This document shows positions 57,796 through 64,000 of a stretch of DNA of 64,000 nucleotides, piece after piece. The notes under the pieces are model-generated. The model searched no databases and was not told where the DNA came from. It saw nothing but the letters and a program-made list of their open reading frames with translations. Position numbers and translations under genes: made by a program. Position 1 is the stretch's first letter; each line of letters opens with the position of its first letter. This stretch comes from an uncultured candidate division Zixibacteria bacterium (lineage in GTDB: Bacteria > Zixibacteria > MSB-5A5 > GN15 > FEB-12): the NCBI GenBank assembly GCA_963664195.1, contig OY760907.1, positions 224,001 through 288,000 of the forward strand. The letters run 5' to 3'.

Positions 57796-58694
57796 TAACT
57801 TATCCTTATTTTGTTCTCCAAGATTAACATAATCGGATTCTCATGTGCAGTCACGTTGTTCATCTTGCCAGGGCCGTCATCACGGGTGCCTGTGGAATGA
57901 CCAAGCTCATGGGCGACTCGTCTAGTTATAGAGGCAGGCTCCTTATTGACCTTGCCAGTAGCGACATCCAAGAGATTCGCATCCAGTTGGGCATTTGGAT
58001 CAATCACGACAACCTTCGTGCCATCACTAAACGTGGCGTGAAATGACTCTCCGGCCTTGTTTTCGACTATGTAGACCATGACGTCTTTGCCGTTGGCATC
58101 TTTCTTGTTCTCCAGGTCAGATACGAGTTTATTGCCTGGTTTTGTGGAAATGATTTCTTTCAAGGATTTATCCATTGTGGACTTGAAATTCTTGTCGAGT
58201 TTACCGTTGTTTGCCCTAGGGTCGTACTTGCCTGTCTCAACCTCCGTCTGCGTCGGGGTTCCTGCCGCATACTCTATCTTCTCTCCATCCGGATCAACGA
58301 ACTTCAGCGGGTTGTTGGCACAATATACGTACGGTCCGAGCGACGGATACTTGGACGCCAAGGGGTCGACTTGCGTGAATATCTTATACTCTGGATCATA
58401 GTACCGCGCTCCGCAGTAGTATAACTCCTGTTCAATGTCCCGGTCAAGCTCGTGTCCCGTATATCCGAACTTGTCGCTCGACCCCGCGAGAATCATCTCA
58501 GCCGTCTTCTCGCCGAACGGGCGGTACATGCTGTACGAGGTCAGTTTCCCGGTGGGATCAACAGTGGCACCGACCGACCCCAGATGGTCGTTCAAATAGT
58601 ACTCAACCGCAGGGTCAGTATTGTCTCCGAATCTGGCAATCCGCTTGCCGTTGGCGAAGACATAGTTGCCGATCAGATCCGACTCATTTGGACC
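57792..58694 (-). pseudogene. Orphan Rhs core / C-terminal toxin cassette with an HExxH (M91/NleD-like) metallopeptidase tip
   Basis: Frame homologous to the main Rhs from GPNESDLIGNYVFANG; DHLGS, GYTGHELD, ARYYDP, NNPLKFVDPDG; tip VAHELGH..ENPI..RISY; no N-terminal Rhs body. Confidence 0.8.
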
Positions 58695-59332
58695 TACGCC
58701 AGTTCAAGCAGATGCTGCCCCTCAGGGGGCACATAGCGCCAAATCTCACAGCCGTCCATGGTACTGATGCAGCGAGTTGCCCCTCCACTTTCAGAGAAAC
58801 ACATCGAAGACGGTCCGAAAGCCCTTGTCAGCACTGCAAATGTCTCTCTTGGGATGACTGTGCGGCGACCTAGCCCCACACAGTCAAGCACCAATTCTTT
58901 GCCATCCAGAAGCTTCACCGATTGATACGGGCTGTCACACATCGACTCAACGGCGTGGATCGTATCAATCACCTTCCCCGACTGGGTTGTGATCACGTGG
59001 CAGGTGAACGCTTCTGTACCGCAGTATGCGAAGCGTCCATCCGACGACAGGGCAATCCTCTGAACCTTCCCTAACCCCTTGGTGAGCCACAGAACTTCAC
59101 CGCATCGGGAGGAGTAACACGCCAGCTCCTCTCTTACGAAAGAGCCCGCAAACAGTGATTCGCCGTCATTGCTCACGGCCAACCGCCTCCCGCCAGCGTC
59201 CATGATGGTCTTAAACTCTGCAGTAGACCGGAGATTGCCCACACTCCAAATGGACACGGTGCTTTCAAACTCGGCAGCGGCCAATATCGGGCGCTCTGCG
59301 GCAATAGCAAGACACTTAACTCTCGAACTCAT
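58694..59332 (-). CDS. WD40/PQQ-like beta-propeller protein, probable orphan immunity gene, apparently 3'-truncated
   Basis: LAVSNDG, IALSSDG and GCEIW repeats; its stop coincides with the start of the orphan Rhs homology. Confidence 0.55.
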   Translation of the reverse strand: MSSRVKCLAIAAERPILAAAEFESTVSIWSVGNLRSTAEFKTIMDAGGRRLAVSNDGESLFAGSFVREELACYSSRCGEVLWLTKGLGKVQRIALSSDGRFAYCGTEAFTCHVITTQSGKVIDTIHAVESMCDSPYQSVKLLDGKELVLDCVGLGRRTVIPRETFAVLTRAFGPSSMCFSESGGATRCISTMDGCEIWRYVPPEGQHLLELA

Positions 59333-59506
59333 AGAATCCTCTCACTTTCTCGGTCGCCCTTGGAAGTGGGAGAAGCCATACCACTTGGCGGAGCCTCATA
59401 TTCCAAAGTCCATCCGCATCCTGTCGAGTTGCTCCAGAACTGCAGAAACGTCCAGATCATCCCCATGCTCACGGTACCGGGAATGCCCTTGTTGACGCAG
59501 ATCATT

Positions 59507-60120
59507 CTAGTCGGACACGATTCTACGAAAGTGGTCCCTCAACACGCTGATCGAGTTATCCCGTCCCGCCAGCCTCTCGTCAAACTTGTCTACTACCTCA
59601 ATGTCGCAGATATGCTTGATGCGCAGATATTCTCCGATTTCACCGTCCAGCACAATCTCTGCCGCGTCTTGCCTAAGTACGCCGGGTAGGTTCCTCAAGT
59701 CGGGAGGCTCAAACACAACGTCGTACATATCGTCATCGCGCTTCAGCAGAGCGTATCGCCAAGCAGACGCATCTACTTTGACTACCTCTCCATTCACGTC
59801 TTCCATTGTGAATCGCAAGTGCCAATTCTTCGGCTGTTTCGCCGGGTAGAACGGCCACCCTGCGATGCGAGGAGCCAACGCGGCGACGAAGGTTGTCAAT
59901 TCGAGCAACTCCTCGTCACCCCCGGGCGACAGAACAAGTACGTTGCCATTTGGTTCATTCAGAGTTGGCCCGATTTCCCAAGAGATGCTGCCTAAAAACG
60001 AATCCTTGATTCGAGAGCATCAATGAATCCAGCGTTCTCGAAAGGATCGTCAACGGCCTCAACCGAAGTAACGAACCAATCCCAAAACTCCCTGACTTTG
60101 CCGCGAAAGACTTGACTCAT
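59507..60120 (-). pseudogene. Immunity-like protein (FWxWF...WEIG...AP family) with a 1-nt frameshift near 59995
   Basis: MSQVFRGKVREFWDWF...ESRIRF in one frame continues as GSISWEIGP...LVLSPGG..APRIAGW..LDGEIGE in another; the break falls in a T5 run. Confidence 0.7.
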
Positions 60121-60190
60121 CGCGTCTTTCAGATCTCGTCCCTTCCAGTGTCCCTGACCTATACCTGAACAGTGTTTCGGGTTACTACGC

Positions 60191-60709
60191 TCACGGCGAC
60201 AGATCTGCTCCGTTCTCGTGAAGTTCCTGGGCGTGAGGAGCAATGTAGTTCCCGTTCGGCAATCTAGTACAGTGTTTCCGAATCCATCGAGCCAGACTGT
60301 TATACAGCTTTTCCAACTCCTTGCTTTTCTCCCGCAGAACATCATTCCCGTCCTCGTCCTTGGTCCAGTACTTGTGCTCATACCACAAACGACCGGAAAT
60401 GATCATATTCAGATCGGGTCTGTATCCACTGCGTGAAAACTCTATGACGGGGCTGACGCAATCGTCAATGTAGAACGAGCCGCGCCCTTCAATCTCACGA
60501 AATGTGAGTTCTTTCTTATCGGAGACAAAGCAAGCGAGCGTTTGAGAGTCGCTATTCGACGTCAATTGGAACGGCTTCAGCTGTACCTCTTCACAGAGCG
60601 GTGACGCCAATTGGCGAGATCTGAGCAACACAACGCCCTGGAGTTGCGATAGTTCAAGGAACTCCTCTTCATCCCGATCAGTAAAATAGAAGCCGACTTG
60701 TCTTCCCAT
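60191..60709 (-). CDS. Putative orphan immunity protein
   Basis: MGRQVGFYF..DEEEFL..VIEFSR..GRLWY..LARWIRKH; located in the Rhs downstream array. Confidence 0.6.
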   Translation of the reverse strand: MGRQVGFYFTDRDEEEFLELSQLQGVVLLRSRQLASPLCEEVQLKPFQLTSNSDSQTLACFVSDKKELTFREIEGRGSFYIDDCVSPVIEFSRSGYRPDLNMIISGRLWYEHKYWTKDEDGNDVLREKSKELEKLYNSLARWIRKHCTRLPNGNYIAPHAQELHENGADLSP

Positions 60710-60802
60710 TATTCACTCCCGGATATTGACGAGTGCTCCGAAAACATCAACGATGGCTCTATCAATCTGTCGGCAACGTTTGGTGCTTGCCCCGTATGAA
60801 TG

Positions 60803-61246
60803 TCAGTCCGTTTCAGTATACCATCCGTCATACTCCGCGCCACAATCTGAGGCCACTTCTATACAGGTATCAGTCATTTGGTCAATCCACGAGATCTCAA
60901 CGCTGTGTATGATAGTAGCCCCTATGGAGTTCCTTGGCTCGTCCTCCGAACGCCCCAGAACGCACATGTTGGTCGCAGCAAAGCCACGGACTGCCATCTC
61001 GTGCTCGATTCTTGACGCAAGCCTAGGATCATTGGAAAGAAAGACGTTGGTAATAGGGCGCAGTCGAGATAAGTCACAATCGTGTTCGACTAATGCCTTG
61101 ATTGTCTTGGGATTCATGCATCGTTGGAGTTCTTTTTCGTGACTCACTTCCATAGCAGTCTCTTGTTCAGCTTCGTCCTGTGGATTGCCATTGCCCAACA
61201 TCAGATCCTCTCTTGGTGACAACTGGTGGAGTTGCAGCTTGATCAC
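60803..61246 (-). CDS. RraB-like/DUF695-like putative immunity protein
   Basis: L..xCDLSRLRPI..F...CIEVASDCGAEYDGW; true start may be 61153. Confidence 0.6.
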   Translation of the reverse strand: MIKLQLHQLSPREDLMLGNGNPQDEAEQETAMEVSHEKELQRCMNPKTIKALVEHDCDLSRLRPITNVFLSNDPRLASRIEHEMAVRGFAATNMCVLGRSEDEPRNSIGATIIHSVEISWIDQMTDTCIEVASDCGAEYDGWYTETD

Positions 61247-61704
61247 TCCACAACAATCAGTTCGAACACGAGATCCGTGAAATCGTCGTCGAAGTGACCG
61301 TCATTACAGTGATACCTCCGCCCTCCAGAGATCTCTTCTATCCACATCGCGGCACCATTGTGCCAGGATTCAACGCAACCATTGCCCGTATCCCAGATGT
61401 TCTTCAAGTCGAGCAGTCCGTTCTTGCTGCGACAGATGAACTCGCCTTCCCAATCGAGCACATCCTCCCATATGTCCGCCCAACCCCGGTCAAATATCTC
61501 ACCGGACTCGAATTCCAGTTCACCCTCCGTTTGAAGAGCCATCCCCTGCCGCCATTCGGAATCCGTAGAGAGAATGCGGTATCGAATCTTACACTCTTTT
61601 GCAGGCAAAGGGAACCTGTCCCACATGACAATGGTCTTGCCTTCGTACTGGATTGGCTTGCCGTTCGATTCATCGAAGAGATCTGCCAAAACTATTCTCT
61701 TCAC
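61243..61704 (-). CDS. Putative cognate immunity protein of the Rhs HNH toxin
   Basis: Starts 3 bp after the Rhs stop; acidic, 153 aa. Confidence 0.65.
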   Translation of the reverse strand: MKRIVLADLFDESNGKPIQYEGKTIVMWDRFPLPAKECKIRYRILSTDSEWRQGMALQTEGELEFESGEIFDRGWADIWEDVLDWEGEFICRSKNGLLDLKNIWDTGNGCVESWHNGAAMWIEEISGGRRYHCNDGHFDDDFTDLVFELIVVE

Positions 61705-61707
61705 AGT

Positions 61708-64000
61708 CTACTCCTTCTTCTGCCTCATCTGCTTATGAACTAAGCGGTGTTCATCAGGCCATAACTCCTCAAGGTTCTCATAGGTGTGCTCCCCGCCCTC
61801 GGATTGCGGCTTCTTGTGGTGGAGCTGTTTAGACTCCTTCTTTCCGGTCTTGGGACTTGTCCTCTCTTCGGCAAGACCCTTCTTCGCTCTCTCCAAATCC
61901 TTGGGCCTAAATCGACCGGGATTTTCCTCTGCCTGCGCCTTCCAATACCGCCTCTGTGCCGTTGTCCAACTTGTTCCTCCTCTGGGACCGGGCACCAAGT
62001 CACCTGACTGTTTCATGGTCTGGCTCGACGCACTCTCCGAACTCTCGACCAAGGTGGCCCCCCCCTTGGTAATGCCCCACGCGCCGAGTAGCGCGTTGCC
62101 CCACTGCAAGATCTTTTCGCCGAATGTGTATTCTACATGGTCGCCCTCCTCAGTCGGTGCGTTGGCCATCTCAGGCGTAGATAGAACTATGTATGCGGCG
62201 GCCAGAAGAGCCGCTGCCAAGCCACCGAACTCCCCGTCTGGATCAATGTACTTCAGCGGGTTGTTGGCACAATAGATATATGGGCCCTGCGAAGGCAATT
62301 CCGCCGCCCGCGGATCAACCTGAGTGAATATCTTGTACTCAGGATCGTAGTACCGGGCTCCGCAGTAGTATAACTCTTGTTCAATATCCCGGTCAAGCTC
62401 GTGTCCCGTATATCCGAACTTGTCGCTCGACCCTGCGAGAATCATTTCAGCCGTTTTCTCGCCAAACGGTCGATACAGGCTGTACGACTTGAGTTCCCCA
62501 TCCCAGCCGACTGTCGCACCTACCGAGCCCAGATGATCATTCAGGTAGTACGTCACCCGATTGTGGGACGTGTCGGCAAAACTGGCGATACGTTGGCCGT
62601 TCGCGTACACGTAGTTGCCTATGAGGTTGGTCTCATTCGGACCGCTGTAGTCGAATAGCATGTTATCATCGAGACGGTAGTACCCGGTGAACGCCGTTAC
62701 CGAGATTGTTCCGCCCGGATCTCCGAAAAACGGGTTACCGGGCTGCGTCTCTTCATAGCTGTAACCTTTGCACACTCTGCGACCGCCGGTATTGTACCAG
62801 TATCGGACTGTATCCTTCGCTTTGCCGACAGCGGGAACTACACGTTCCGACAGTTCCTCATGAAGATTGTATCGCATCACCATCCGATCCGTGCGATACT
62901 CCGAGATCGATCCCTCGGGAGTATAATAGAACGTGTTGATGATCGGCGGAGGCGTAAGCGGATCAGTCTGGGGACCCTCGATTCTACCCAATCGGTTAGT
63001 ATTCTCCAGATAGATGTAATCCCAGACCTGCTGATTCATCGTAGTCAAGGAATCGATGTTGCTGTTGCGATCGTACCAGTATCGCAAGAATGCCGGAGGT
63101 GTAGAGTGCTCTTCGGCCACGAGTCGACTGACGGCATCATATGCGAATTTCTGATGGCGCAGATCAGCCGCAGAATCGCCTGCCTCTGTTCCCCAGGCCA
63201 CTAGAACCCGGTACGATGCCACGTTGCCGTTGTGATAGCCCTGAGGGAACTCCCAGTCCGGGTACTGGGCCTGCCCTCTGCACGCTCCTGTGGTATAGGT
63301 CAAGTCAAGAGCGAAGTGATCCTCTCCGTTGGCAGCGGCTACCGTACCTTCGTTGATACTTGTCAGCCAATCCCGCGCATTGTACTTGTAGTCGACTTCC
63401 TGCACCGCAGGATTCCCCAGAATCTTCCTTCTGATCTGACCGTTGGGCCAGTACTCGTACTGAGCGGAAAGCAGCCCCGCGTCATCGTCCAAGGAAAACA
63501 ACCGTCCGGCTAGATCATATTGGTAGTCAACGTATTTGCCGTTGTTGTAGGTTACTCTCTTCTGTTGATCGAGGTTGTTGTACTCCACTCCGATGGTTCT
63601 GTGAGTACCGACTGCATCCACCAAAGCCACGTGTTGCCGGGATTCGGTTACACGGCCACGCTCGTCATACGTGTATTCAGTCCACGAAGTGCTGTCAGCC
63701 GAACCGGAAGGGTACCTTAATGCGCGAGTAAGCTTTCCGCGGCCATTGGTACCCTGGTCGTACTCAAACCGGGCAGTGACCACCGGGGACAACGAATCGT
63801 CTGGGAAGTTTCTGTCCACGGCATTCGGCCAACAGAAATTGGGAATGGAAGCGTAGAGATTTCCGATCTCGACCGGCCTGTTATGTGCGTCATACTTGAC
63901 GTACTCGAATCGACCGTTCAGAGCGTCCGTCTCGTTCATAGAGAACCGGCGATTGCCCATTCGATCGTACATGTGGCAGTTCCACCCATGCTCTCCGCTG
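61708..64000 (-). CDS. Rhs/YD-repeat polymorphic toxin with C-terminal HNH-type nuclease; 5' part outside the window
   Basis: YD repeats, YNARDWL, DHLGS, ARYYDP, NNPLKYIDPDG; tip QLHHKKPQSEGG..NLEELWPDEHRLVH; frame open to the window edge. Confidence 0.93.
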   Translation of the reverse strand, partial: SGEHGWNCHMYDRMGNRRFSMNETDALNGRFEYVKYDAHNRPVEIGNLYASIPNFCWPNAVDRNFPDDSLSPVVTARFEYDQGTNGRGKLTRALRYPSGSADSTSWTEYTYDERGRVTESRQHVALVDAVGTHRTIGVEYNNLDQQKRVTYNNGKYVDYQYDLAGRLFSLDDDAGLLSAQYEYWPNGQIRRKILGNPAVQEVDYKYNARDWLTSINEGTVAAANGEDHFALDLTYTTGACRGQAQYPDWEFPQGYHNGNVASYRVLVAWGTEAGDSAADLRHQKFAYDAVSRLVAEEHSTPPAFLRYWYDRNSNIDSLTTMNQQVWDYIYLENTNRLGRIEGPQTDPLTPPPIINTFYYTPEGSISEYRTDRMVMRYNLHEELSERVVPAVGKAKDTVRYWYNTGGRRVCKGYSYEETQPGNPFFGDPGGTISVTAFTGYYRLDDNMLFDYSGPNETNLIGNYVYANGQRIASFADTSHNRVTYYLNDHLGSVGATVGWDGELKSYSLYRPFGEKTAEMILAGSSDKFGYTGHELDRDIEQELYYCGARYYDPEYKIFTQVDPRAAELPSQGPYIYCANNPLKYIDPDGEFGGLAAALLAAAYIVLSTPEMANAPTEEGDHVEYTFGEKILQWGNALLGAWGITKGGATLVESSESASSQTMKQSGDLVPGPRGGTSWTTAQRRYWKAQAEENPGRFRPKDLERAKKGLAEERTSPKTGKKESKQLHHKKPQSEGGEHTYENLEELWPDEHRLVHKQMRQKKE

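Overview
Bacterial chromosomal window. The C-terminal Cys-containing dockerin-like tails on secreted proteins resemble those of candidate division Zixibacteria, but this taxonomy is inferred. 1-41.9 kb is core chromosome, almost all on the minus strand. It contains an anti-sigma/ECF sigma/holA block, a catalytically degenerate RNase H-fold gene, an SBBP-repeat dockerin protein, a tightly coupled rnr - sigma54 activator - beta-barrel - lamin-tail - beta-barrel - dgt - CPBP cluster, an amber-interrupted ZU5 lipoprotein and a gingipain-like C25 peptidase. It also holds a kinase-TPR-GAF-sigma54 activator / secreted micropeptide / WYL regulator module, and a 2945-aa adhesin with 24 PKD repeats, DUF11 and OmpA domains beside its beta-barrel partner. 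41,982-55,812 is a ~13.8-kb integrative element bounded by a 24-bp direct repeat matching a tRNA-Met-like 3' end. It carries a large serine recombinase, a P-loop replication-type gene, IS200 and uncharacterised defence-like cargo (HExxH peptidase plus Lrp/AsnC RAM domain, TM-wHTH, Mrr-like nuclease). From 55.8 kb to the window end lie stacked att-like scars and an Rhs polymorphic-toxin locus with an HNH toxin, an orphan HExxH toxin cassette and an immunity-gene array. The best candidates for undescribed systems are the sigma54/TPR-kinase/secreted-peptide/WYL module (22.4-27.8 kb) and the HExxH+RAM+TM-wHTH cassette (42.2-45.8 kb). All domain calls come from motif recognition by eye; no searches were run.
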